Source: Catajapyx aquilonaris (taxonomy: Eukaryota). Taken from it: 42,731 nt of DNA. Shown in pieces: positions 23,457-34,700 of this stretch. The position numbers and the translations under genes are program-made. Positions within the stretch are counted from its first letter, which is position 1. Each line of letters begins with the position of its first letter. The stretch covers positions 1 to 42,731 of the forward strand of contig JYFJ02003452.1 of assembly GCA_000934665.2 (NCBI GenBank). Reading direction: 5' to 3'. The notes beneath the pieces are model-generated. The model saw nothing but the letters and a program-made list of their open reading frames with translations, did not search any database and had not been told where the DNA came from.

Positions 23457-24176
23457 CCTCAGTATCGCACATAGTCGTAGTTTAGTGCACATTGTGTCCT
23501 TCCGACCGAGGTTATCTGGCAAAGGACGAGTTTTATTTTGGATCAAGCCAGCTCATTTTAGACGCAAAATATTAAGGCGCAATGTGTACAATGAGTCAGG
23601 TGATTGTGCAGCAATAATACAATCTTATTATTTTCCACGAATGGTACTTGTTGAAGTTGAACAAACAACGGAAGGAAATACAGCAGCCACCTGATAAGCT
23701 CTTATCGTTGTCCACGTGTACAAAGTTCAGCTACTTTATCAGTTAAGACGTCAACCATTCTGTGCAAGTGACAAATGATGTTCAAAAGTGAAGATTTTAT
23801 TGGCTTTCAGAGGGCTTGCTTTGTCTTAACTAGATAATAACCTCTCCATATGTCACGTATTAACATTATTTGTAAATAAACAAATCACAGACATAGCTGA
23901 GCATTTCAGTTTTATTTTAACACAAATTGTTGTTTCGACCACAGTGTTTGAAAATCACGTATGTTGCAGCCTATAGAAAACTAAGTTCAACGAAAGTGGC
24001 CTTCACTGCAACTTATATTAAAAAGGAATTATTTATCGCCGATTGCAGTCATTATCTCGCTTTCATTCAGTATTCGCTACTAAAAATAATATCAGTTCTG
24101 ATAAAAAGAAATGACGCCGCCGCGCCGGGCAGTCATCCGACAGACATAAACAACATTGCATTGACCAATAGATATC

Positions 24177-24242
24177 ATGCTGATGCAATGATGCAATTAT
24201 TAGATTTAATTAAATCTAATAATTGCATCATTGCATCAGCAT
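24177..24242. repeat. 66-bp perfect palindrome with no loop
   Basis: atgctgatgcaatgatgcaattattagatttaa|ttaaatctaataattgcatcattgcatcagcat. Confidence 0.9.
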
Positions 24243-24687
24243 TCTACTATGTGCGATGATGCAACTATCATAAAATTGAAGCGGCAGAGCTTGAAGGCAT
24301 GAAGGGTATACACGTAAGGGGTAACTATTTGAAGCTATTTATTCTGCTATACTGGACAGTAAACTTCAGTGCCACAATTATCATGACAGACACTCAAAAC
24401 ACGTGACTGATCGTGAACAAACCGCCTATTTTACACCCTTACAAGGTTTTCATGAAGTAGTTGGTGCATGTTTCGCTCTTGATTAGCCTCCATTCAGTAT
24501 AATTATAGTGGAAGTGTAAAGGTCATTTCCCTTATTGACGGCTTTATCTGTCACTTTTCTTATAGATTACGGGAATGCCCTATCTATAATGCGCTTAACT
24601 GGTAGCAAAAAGTGACCCCGATAAACTCCAGTTAATTAATTAATGTAAGTAAGTACAAGTAGTTGAAACACACTGTACAAAAATACC

Positions 24688-24745
24688 GGCGGGACATTTA
24701 AAAATTCCCGCCTATCGACAGCACGATGTATCGATACATCGATAT
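24688..24745. promoter_or_regulatory. Candidate promoter cluster: E2F-like sites plus DRE (TATCGATA)
   Basis: ggcgggac-atttaaaaa-ttcccgcc at 24688-24712, a perfect DRE tatcgata at 24729-24736, and near-DREs tatcgaca (24713) and catcgata (24737). It lies ~520 bp upstream of the caspase B ATG. Confidence 0.4.
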
Positions 24746-24991
24746 ATGAATCCGTTCCTAGAGTTTATTTATTTAATATAATTATTACCAGCGATGCCCT
24801 TCATTAATATTTCATTTTAATAAAATCACAGGAGGCATCAGCTCGTTAAATTTATCAGCAAGCACCTGTCCGGATGTGACTCGACACAATCAACTAATCT
24901 GACAACAAAGTGCGAGGAAGACAACGTGTTACTGAAGCACGTTGTGAAGGTAGGAACACTGAAAGCTACAGTAGTAGTCTCCGATTGTGAG

Positions 24992-25057
<66 letters not shown>
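24992..25057 (+). repeat. (ATC)22 microsatellite
   Basis: Read directly; it explains the poly-Met antisense ORF. Confidence 0.97.
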
Positions 25058-25059
<2 letters not shown>

Positions 25060-25261
25060 AGTTTATATGTAACATCTAATTAGCTCTTGGTAACATAATG
25101 GAAATAATTTAAAAATATGAAAATGGGCATGTCACATGTGTTGTTGCACTTGTGGGCATGTAATTATTGTAAGAACACATTCATCGCACTTTCCTTTGCA
25201 TTATTTCATGTCGGTCTGGCTTATTCCACGGTAGAGTGTGGCTGAGCTGTGTGAGCTAGTG

Positions 25262-26760
25262 ATGTCGGGGGCAGGTGAGCCAGGAAGGCAGGGCACCGAC
25301 GACGAGAGAAGCCCAGGAGCCTTCTCCTTCCGGGCTCTGTTACGTTGGATTGCTTGGTCACCGATTGGAAGTAATTAGTCTTGTGGGTTTTATTGATACC
25401 AAGCTCGTATGTGACTTGTACATCTCATGTGCAGGGTACTTATGGGCTCTGCTGCTGCCTGCCGACAATGCTGGCATCAACCCATCTCTCTCGGAGGAAG
25501 ACGAGTTGGCCCAGGTCTTGGCCGACTCAGTGTATGCATGGAGGGGCCCAAAGCTGCAAGGCCTTGGTATTATCTTCAACCACTTCTTTGCAAATGGCCC
25601 AGGGCTACGCCGTGAAGGTACTCTAAAGGACGAGAATGGCCTGCGGTGGCTGCTCACAGACTTGGGGCTGGACGTAGAAGTTTTCCGAGATAAGACCAAA
25701 GCGGAAATTGACCGGATCCTCAGGAAAGGTGCAGTGCAAATTGTTGCAATGATCCCGCATGTGCTTGGGAATGACTGCTCTCTAATAATATAACACTCGC
25801 TCATAGTTGCACAGGGAATACCTTTGAGTTATTTCAATGTTGTCATTTCAGTGGCTGCTGAGGATCATACCAAGACTGACATCCTGCTCATTGCCGTGTT
25901 GACCCACGGGGGCATGAACACCCTGGCAGCATCGGACGTTGAGTACAGCATCGACCAACTGTGGCTGCCCTTCCTGGCTGGAAAACCTATAGTTTTTTTA
26001 ATAGAGGTGAGCAAAGGACACTCTCACTTTCAATAACAACATTGCATGACCCAAAATGAGTTAACTTTTCCACATTTTGGATGATTTTTGTTGCGTACTG
26101 CAGGGCGACTAAAGTCTAATTATGCTCCCTGGTTTGGATACATTATAGACAATTGGATTGTATTGTTGGTTTCCAGTTGTGCCTACTAGCACATTGTTGG
26201 CAGTCCAACAATGGAAACCAGCAATACAATCCAATTGCCTACGTAACCATATTTTCAAGTCCCCCTGTATTTCAGAATACTTGCAAGAGCTCTTTGATAC
26301 TAGTTATGGTTAAGTTACACAAAGCTTGTAAAACTTTTTTGAAGAGTTTTGACAGCAATGATAAACACCTATTCTGGTTAATGTTCATGGGCGTTGTATA
26401 TTTCAGGCCTGCCGGGGGACGCTCTTGTGGGACGGTGTTGGTGAGCCGCAGCCGGTTCTGTCCGCCCCGTGCGAACTTACCAACATTCCCCGTGACTGCC
26501 TGGTGGCCCATGCCACAACCTATGGTTATGGGGCTTTTCTGGACCCTCGTGGTTCAGCTTTCGTCCAGGCCTTGATCTGGATCTTCCAGGACAGGAAGAG
26601 GTCAGGGGGGCAACCTCTGCACTTGGCAGCCCTTTTGACTGAAGTAAACACGAGAGTCGCGAATCATTCCTTGTCATCATCCAGCAATTTGGAGCTGCAC
26701 GGCAAGAGGCAGAGGCCCTGCTTCCAAACAACGCTCACCAAGGATCTGTACCTTTGGTAA
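25262..26760 (+). CDS. Caspase-like protein (C14A), tandem paralogue of caspase A with EACRG; caspase B, ~303 aa
   Basis: Exons 25262-25370, 25435-25728, 25852-26006, 26407-26760 (912 nt in frame), with the same intron positions and phases as caspase A. Motifs: LAQVLADSVY, GLGIIFNH, RREGTLKD, AVLTHG (His 25905-07), LAGKPIVFLIE|ACRG (Cys 26410-12), GSAFVQ, KRQRPC...LTKDLYLW*. AATAAA at 26890. Confidence 0.88.
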
Positions 26761-27871
26761 TCCTGTTGGGTGAGCCCACATTGAACACCAGTGACAAACA
26801 TAAGTTGTGTCGTAACACTCATACTGCTTGAACGTAGACACGTCGTGTTGCTTGATTAGGTGCTGTTCTATAGGTGCTATTAGTATTGAAATAAAAGAAA
26901 TTTTAAATGTGAGCCAACGCAAGGGCAGCACAACTTTGTGGGTCACTGGTGAAACATGTGGGATATTTAACGATTAGTTTTAAGACTGACTTCTGCAGGA
27001 ACATGATGTCACTGATTATTTTAGAAACAGGTTATCCAGATTAGAAGCACGTGCGAAATGCAGTTTCCTGAGAAAACGTCCATGTCAATGTGCCTTACTG
27101 AAGTACCTAGTGGGATCAGTATTTTTTACTCATTAAGTATAATAGTGATATTTAGATAATTCCGCCCAATTTCCCCCTGCTTATGCTTGAGCCAGCTCAA
27201 TGCCAACGGTGCCAAGAGGAAGAGGGGGGTCAGTCGACTGATGACTCTGCCTGACCCTCTTTATTATACTCTTTGAACTGCCAGTGCTTTACTGCATGTT
27301 GTGCCTTTATTGTAAGACTCGGGAGTAGGTAACTCCCTGGTTGTGTGTTCATGTCATGTAGTTAATTCATGTATAATTGTCTAGTCTAGAGAGTTCTTAA
27401 TCCGTGCGCAGGTGCCTTTCCCCCATCCTGATGGTTCTCCCCCCTGAGATGATGTTCCCCTCCCCAATGTGTAAGAGAGGCAGCTAGTTGCTGGCCGGGC
27501 TCGTGTGGAGCCGGTCGTATGTATTGAAGTGGTGGAAATATACTGTGGTCCCTTATTTCTGGGTCTATATTCTAGTTAGAACCCTATTTACAGGAGCCAG
27601 CCTGGCCAGGTCTTGATGGGACCTGATAAACTTCTTTCCTGCTACTCCATACATCTCCATACACTTTCCTTTCATTGTATGATTTGTATCCATTGACCAT
27701 TTCTCAAGTTCCCAACATCGCTCAAGTACTGTCGATCATTGTGAAATAAGTGCAATTGCATGGCAACATTTCTGGCAGATATAATATAGGCTCTACTTAC
27801 GAAAATAAAATAAAAAACCAACGCTTGATCTTATACAGACTGGAACCGCATATATGCAGGATACCCTTTCT

Positions 27872-28100
27872 TCGCACAGGAATTTCAGAATGGACCCTGC
27901 TGGGAGATGGAGGCGGGTAGGGGTTGGCATGGGACAAACGAACAAACCTAGCCTTTTATACCAATGTTAAGGAATGAGGACACTCGTTCATCGCACAGTA
28001 ATTGCAGAATGGACACCCCACCCCTGTGCCATAGTAACCTATTCCTACGGGTAGGGGTACTATCTGGAGTCGGTATGGGACAAACGAACAAACTGTCCCT
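27872..28100 (+). repeat. Degenerate tandem duplication (two ~120-145 bp units), probably repeat-derived
   Basis: tcgcacag.aatt.cagaatggac, cgggtaggggt and atgggacaaacgaacaaac each occur twice in the same order. Confidence 0.6.
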
Positions 28101-28758
28101 TTTTTATGTGCATATGTAAGCTATATTTTTTTTACAGTAGCAACCCCTGATAACTATTATGCAACCGGCATAGCTGCATGTCATATCTCTAGTGCACTCT
28201 GCCAAGATTTATATCTAATTTAAGTGTCTATAAATAGCAGGCTAGACAGTGCCACCGATACGGTACCGTCTAAAAGCGGCCCCCTGTGCGGTGCTGCCAC
28301 CTGGCTCCAGCCGGCCGAACCACTAGGAAGCTATCCTTTCTCCATAAGGAGTCACCTTCCTCCTAGTTGCCACGCCCAACACCCAGATGGCGCCGGTGTC
28401 CCCTCCCATCTCCCCCCCACTCGACACGGTGCTGCCCCCTGTCCGCCGGGACCTGGAACCATCCCCAGTCGGGAGCCCAGTTCCCCTCACGTTCCATTCG
28501 CTCCTCTTTCCGAAGGGGTTGGGTGGGGCCAAAGGAATTTTTATAATATTTAAATTATTATTAATAATTATTAATTAATTTATTCGAGGGGCCGTCATTA
28601 TTTATTTGGACGGGGGGGACACGGGCAGGCCCAAGAGAATGGGTGATGGCGGCTGAGTGAGGCCTTATTTGGGGGGGGCAGGGCAGCCCCGGGGCCGCCC
28701 CTGCACTCGCCCCTAGTTGCTCTCTCTATCGTCCGAGGTTCTGCCCCTAGCCCAAAGG

Positions 28759-31700
28759 ATGGCCAGGCTGGCAGACTACTTCGTGGTCGTCGGCTACGAC
28801 CACCAGAAGGAGCGTGAGTATCCACCGCAACATTGTTCCGCACAACGTTCCAATTAAGCCTAATTTAAAAATTACATGACATGTCGCACGCTCATTACAT
28901 CCAAATAATGTCAATGAGTCTCGCCGTAACGTTCCAATTGCGAAGAACTCGTAATGTTCCGTACGTGTCATTACATCAAACGTTCCGTTCCCCCAGGGTG
29001 CGGCCGCATAATCCAGCGTTTCCCTGAGCGTGACTGGTCGGACACGCCCTTCATCGAGGGCATAGAGTGGTTCTGCCAGCCGCTGGGTTGGGCCCTGAGC
29101 CAGGCCCGGAGCGACCCGCGCTTCTTCGTCTCCGTCCTGACAGACATTGACGCCAACAGACACTACTGCGCTTGCCTCACCTTCTCCGAGCCCGTCTCCC
29201 CGTCGCTGGCGTTGCTGCAGCAGCATGCGGCGGACGATGATGAGGATCCCGCCCCCGTGTCTGCCCCTGCGTCGACCCCAGTGTTCGCCCCAAAGTGCCT
29301 CGCTCTCGTCTCCAGGTTTGTGCCGATGTAATCTGCCGTTTACAACTAATTGAATGTGTCTCCCCAGGCTGGAGTACTTTGAGACGTTCCGCAACTGCCT
29401 TGGAGCGATCTACACGGCGCATCTGGAGGGCATGTCCGTTCCGCTGGAGACGCTGGTGGGAAACGTCCTCGGTTGCGTCCACGTCCCTGCGGCGGGAGGC
29501 CCACAGGTGCGGTTCAGCATCGGGGCGGGAGACAGGCAGTGTCTGCAGCCGCCTTTGTCGCCGACCGTCCCAACGACGGGGACTTCCGCAGCTTTGTTGT
29601 TCAGGCAGCTAGGTACGGCCGTAATCGCACTGTAATGAACTCGCTAATGCCCGTTTCCGCAGGTGTCCGCAATGTCCTGGTGCTCTACTGTGCGGCCATG
29701 ACGGAGCATAAGATTCTGTTGCATTCAAAGTCGTACACCCGTTTGGCTCAAGCCTGCCAGGCCCTCACCGCATTGTTGTTTCCATTCCGATATGCTCATG
29801 TGTACATCCCGTTGCTTCCGGCCGCATTGTTGGAGGTCCTTTCGACGCCGACGCCCTTCATAATGGGCGTCCACTCGTCTTTACGAGGCGAAGTGGACGC
29901 AATGGACGTCATCATCGCGGATATCGACGGAGGCGCTATTGCCGTACCAGACTGTGTGCAGATCCCACTGCTGCCTGATCCGGTGTGGGAACACGCATGC
30001 GACTCGCTCTCGGCGGTACTGCAGCCCGAGTTGTCCGGAACAGACCTGGCTTTTCCGAACAACGGCGCCAGACAGTCCCCGCCGGCCTCGCTGGACAAGG
30101 AGGTGCGTGCGACGATGCTGCGGATAGTCGCCACGTTGCTCCAGGGCTACCGTTCCTGCCTCACGATAATCCGGATCCACCCGCGACCTGTGATCGCATT
30201 CGACAAGGCCACGTTTCTGTCCAGCCGTGGGATGCAAGAGTGTGACTTTATGAGCCGACTCCTAGGAGGTATGGCCTTTGGCGCTTTTGTGTCCGAGCGT
30301 GGTCCGCCTTGGCGTCCCTGCGACGTGTGGGACGAGGTGTACGCCAGCTGCTGCGAGCAGGCTCGTCTGGAGCTGGCCGACTCCCGGATGGCCCTGGTGC
30401 ACGTGCAGGAGCTGGCGCAACAGCTGCATCTGAACGAGAATCCAAACCCGCAGCCGTACGTTCAGAAGGTCCCGAGGCCGCCAGACGGAGCCAACCTCAG
30501 GGTGCATCTGCCGATATTTCCAAGACTGGATACGGCTCAGGTGCAGCTCGTCATCGAGGACGGCACCGGGAAGTCGGGGATTAAATCCAGGTACGCACCG
30601 CTCCCATCTTGCATTTTTCCGTATACATTTTTCTATACTTCCCGTGTGTCTCTTTCATTGTTGCGGATTAGCTCGTCCGACTCCTCGCTGTGGTAAGCTC
30701 AGAATGGGTTGTAAATATACGCATTGCTTAGCATGATTTCCGCTAGGTGCACGCCTTGCAAGGCTATAAAGCCGCGTTTACATGCGAGCGAATTGATCAG
30801 CAAGAAGATCGAATCGCTCACTCGTAAACGCAGCATAAACCCTATTATTGAACATACGGGTGTAGTGTACGACCATAAGTAGTGATTAATGTGGTCAACA
30901 GATGTATTCCGCTAATTTCGAGCCATGCTGCGTTCTTTTGACTAGTACGTGTGGATGTCTCAAATCGGTAGTTACGTAACTCGTCATAATCTTGCTTCCT
31001 GCCTTTTAAAACTATTTTTGAAGCGTGACATACGAAAGCACTGATTTCCATTGCGGGAACGAGTCGTTATTTTTGTACAAGGTGTTTGTTCAAGTCATAA
31101 TCAACTTCTAATGAGATTGGGTTTTTAAAATATTGCGAAATGATTGGACGTTAATTAGTTTCACGTATAGCGGCATCCTGCTGTTTGTTTCGTCACGCTT
31201 TGCACAAAAGCTACGGATTAGACATACTTTCGCAATAACGAGCAAACACTTTGTAGGCGACAGTGTGACGAACATTTCAGTAAATGACGAGGACATCTGC
31301 TGGAATAATTTATGCAAATTTCTGCAAGTGTTTGTCTTATTTTTCATGTCGAAAGCTATGAAGTTGTACTACCGCACTGCTTGCATTTTTTGCTGTATAA
31401 AAAATGCGCTTCATTCAACAGTAACATACGGCTACATTTTCCGAATATTTACGCATGCAATGTTCTGTGTTTGACATGTCTTTCCGATTGCAGGTTGTCT
31501 TCGAAGCCTCCGCCCTGCCGCATCGTTCCGTCTGGTCCGCATTCGTCCGCCTTACCCAACCTGACTGCCATGTCCGCTTCTGTTTCGACCGCGACCGAGC
31601 TGGCCCAGCAGCGACACCTGGTTGCCAGCTCTGCACGTCGTCTTGAAGTCCTCCGCAGCTGCGTCGACTGCATATTTGAGTCCAAGATATCCGAGGCGCT

Positions 31701-34700
31701 GAAGGCATTTCCGGCCGTTCAGAGAGCGCTGAAGGCCAGACAGGCTCGGCTGGCCCTGTGTGCCGAGCTGGCGACGCACGTTCAAGGCAACAAGGCGATG
31801 CTGGAGCACCAACAGTTCGAACTGATTGTCCGCCTGATGAACTGTGCTCTGGCTGACGACTGCGAAGGGGAGCATGGAGTTGCGGCCGCTTTGCTGCCAC
31901 TGGCCACTGCATTTTGTCGCAGGCTGTGCACCGGAGTCATTCAGTTCGCATACACATGTGTGCAGGATCATCCCGTGTGGCAGAGCCAGCAGTTTTGGGA
32001 GTCTGCCTTCAACCAAGACGTTCAGAAGGACATCAAGGCGCTGTACGGCGGGGCAGGCAACAACGGCGGAGGGGACGCGGACACCGGGATGACCAACGGG
32101 CACGTCGGAGGAAGCGTGAGTCGACAGATCCTCCGACACTTTTTGAGCTTTAAAATAACTTATCCGATTTCCAGCCGTATGGTTTGACCCAGCCGAAAGC
32201 GGAGTACAGTTGGCGAGGCGGATCTAGTCGTCCACTAGTCAGGCCGCAGGAACCATCGGCACTCGAGATTGCTGCGGAGCAAATGAGGATCTGGCCCACG
32301 CTCGATGCAGGTATGTCCCTCGTAATCTTGAAATTAGGCTCTGATGTGAACAGTGTTTCCGCAGATAAGCAGAAAGAGCTGGTTGTCAGCGAGGAGTCGA
32401 CAATATACAGCCAGGCCATCCACTACGCCAACCGGATGGTGTACCTCTTGGTTCCGCTAGACGGAAGAGGGAGTCGACAGCAGTCCGCTTGGGGAGGCGG
32501 AGGGATGGGCAGTCTGGGGCCATACATGGGCGGAGAGGACGAGCGGGCTTCCAACAGCGTCACGAACTCTGTTGCGGAAGAGAGCGACTCGCTCGATGCG
32601 GAATCTGGCTTTGAGGAAGCGGAGCATCCATCTGGAGTCGGGGGGGCCAACGCTGGGTCTGCAAACGAGCTTGGCGGATGGGTCGTGCGGTTCGTTTCCA
32701 GATTCGTCGACAAGGTGTGCACCGAGGGTGGCGTCACCGAGGAGCACATCAGAGCGCTTCACCAAATGGTGCCAGGAGTCGTAGCCATGCAGGTTAGTAT
32801 GACTCGTACATCCGCCGACTCGGTTAATAACAAGTTCGCTAAACGCAGGTCGAAACGCTGGACGCAGTTCAGCGAGAGTCACGTCGACTTCCGCCGGTAC
32901 AGAAGCCGAAGATCCTCTCGCCACATATGTTGCCTGGCGAGGAGCTGGTCCTGGAGCCGATTCGAGTGTATCTCCTGCCAGACGGACGTGACGAGTGGGC
33001 TGGGAACACCGGTCCGTCGTTGCTACCTGCCGAGGGTGCGCTGTTTCTGTCCAGCTACCGCCTCGTTTTTAAAGGAACTCCGTGCGACCCATACGCTTGC
33101 GAGCAGGTCATAATCCGGGCTTTTCCGGTGACGTCACTGACCAAGGAGAAGCGGGTTGGGGTCCATTACGTGGCCCACTTCGAGACGCTGTTGCAAGAGG
33201 GGCTGCAGATGCGATCAAACACGTTTCAGCTGCTGAAGCTTGCTTTCGACGAGGAAGTCAGCTCGGAGACTGTCGAAGTCCTGCGGAAGGCTGTTGCGAG
33301 GGTCAGACATCCGGCCCATGCTCTTCTGCGGTTCGCCTTCCAGGGAGCGAGCATGGCCTCCAGCCCGGCCATTGTCGGCCAGTCCCAGTCGTTGCTGAAC
33401 AAAGGGAAGGAGAAGAGTGCTACCCTGCGTGGGCTGGCCAAGAAGACGCTGATGAGGACAGCCAGGAAGGCCGGGTTCAGGCCCAAGAGTGGACCAGGAG
33501 TGGACCAGGGGCCGCACTACCCAGGGGCCAACAAGAGGCACAACAAGTACATCCTTCCGTCATCCCCGACTGGCGGTCCGCACCGCTCGGATGAAAACGA
33601 CGACGACTTATCTCGTGAGTTAAAATTTAGCAGTGTCATTAGTAGCGGTAACATTAGTAGCCGATAACATTTTCGCCCTACTTTGCAGTTGAGGATGCTG
33701 ATCTGACCCGTCCGAACACATCCGGTGCGTCCACATTAGTTCCCACTGCTCTTGCCGACGCCAAGACCCTGGAGAGACTGTCCGAACGCAGCTACTACAA
33801 GGACTGGCAGCGACTAGGGCTCGTTGGATCAGGTCCGGTTGATCCGCCTGGTAACGGCGGAACCCTGGTCGTTGGGAGTGCGACCGGGACTGGAAGACGT
33901 GGGGCTCAGTCCGGCAACCCATTCAGAGCCTGCACATTGAACTGCGGGTACAGCCTATGCCGATCGTACCCTGCGGTTGTGCTGGTCCCATCTGGGATTA
34001 GCGATGACACAGTGAGGCGCTTCTGCCGCTGTTACCGCCACGCCCGATTTCCTGTCGTCACATGGCGGCATCCAAAGACAAAGGCGTTGCTGCTCCGAGG
34101 CGCTGGGTTTCATGGCAAGGGCGTTATCGGAATGCTGCGAGGCGGGGCTGGGTCTGCAACCGGCTCGGGAGTGGCCACCACACCGGTCGAAACGTCGGTG
34201 GAGCAAGAGCGTTACTTGCACGCCATTGTTAACACGACACCGCTTGGATTGCCTCGAAGTTGGGCAGCCGACTCGACTCTCAGCATCGACTCGCTGTTGC
34301 TGGCAGCTGGCGAACACAACGTCGCCACGCCCGATGCTTCCAGACGCAGCGTCGTGAACCCATTCAGCAAGGCAATGAGCACGCTGCGGTCGTCCGGAGG
34401 GAAATCATTCGGACGCTGGGGCTCACTGAAGGACAGACGCCAAGGCAGCCAAACATCGCTTCCGGGCGGACGCCTCTCGCTGGATTCAGATTCGGGCCTG
34501 GACAACATCCACAGCTTCCAGAAAGCAGCCATGTACATATTCGGGGAGCGGTCGCAGGTTAAAGGTTGCAAGGCGGACACACGGGTAGAATTCATTCCAG
34601 TCGAGACCATTGAGAGTCGGCAGATCAAAGCCGCCTTCAAGAAGCTGATGCGAGCTTGCGTCCCAAGCTCGCCTGGATCGGAGGCTGCTCCGGATGAGTT

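Noticed and set aside
24838..25056. Poly-Met ORF on the minus strand
   Set aside because: Translation of (ATC)n.
22516..26006. Caspases as pseudogenes, since no QACRG appears in the ORF track
   Set aside because: The pentapeptide is split by a phase-0 intron in both genes, and the spliced frames are intact.
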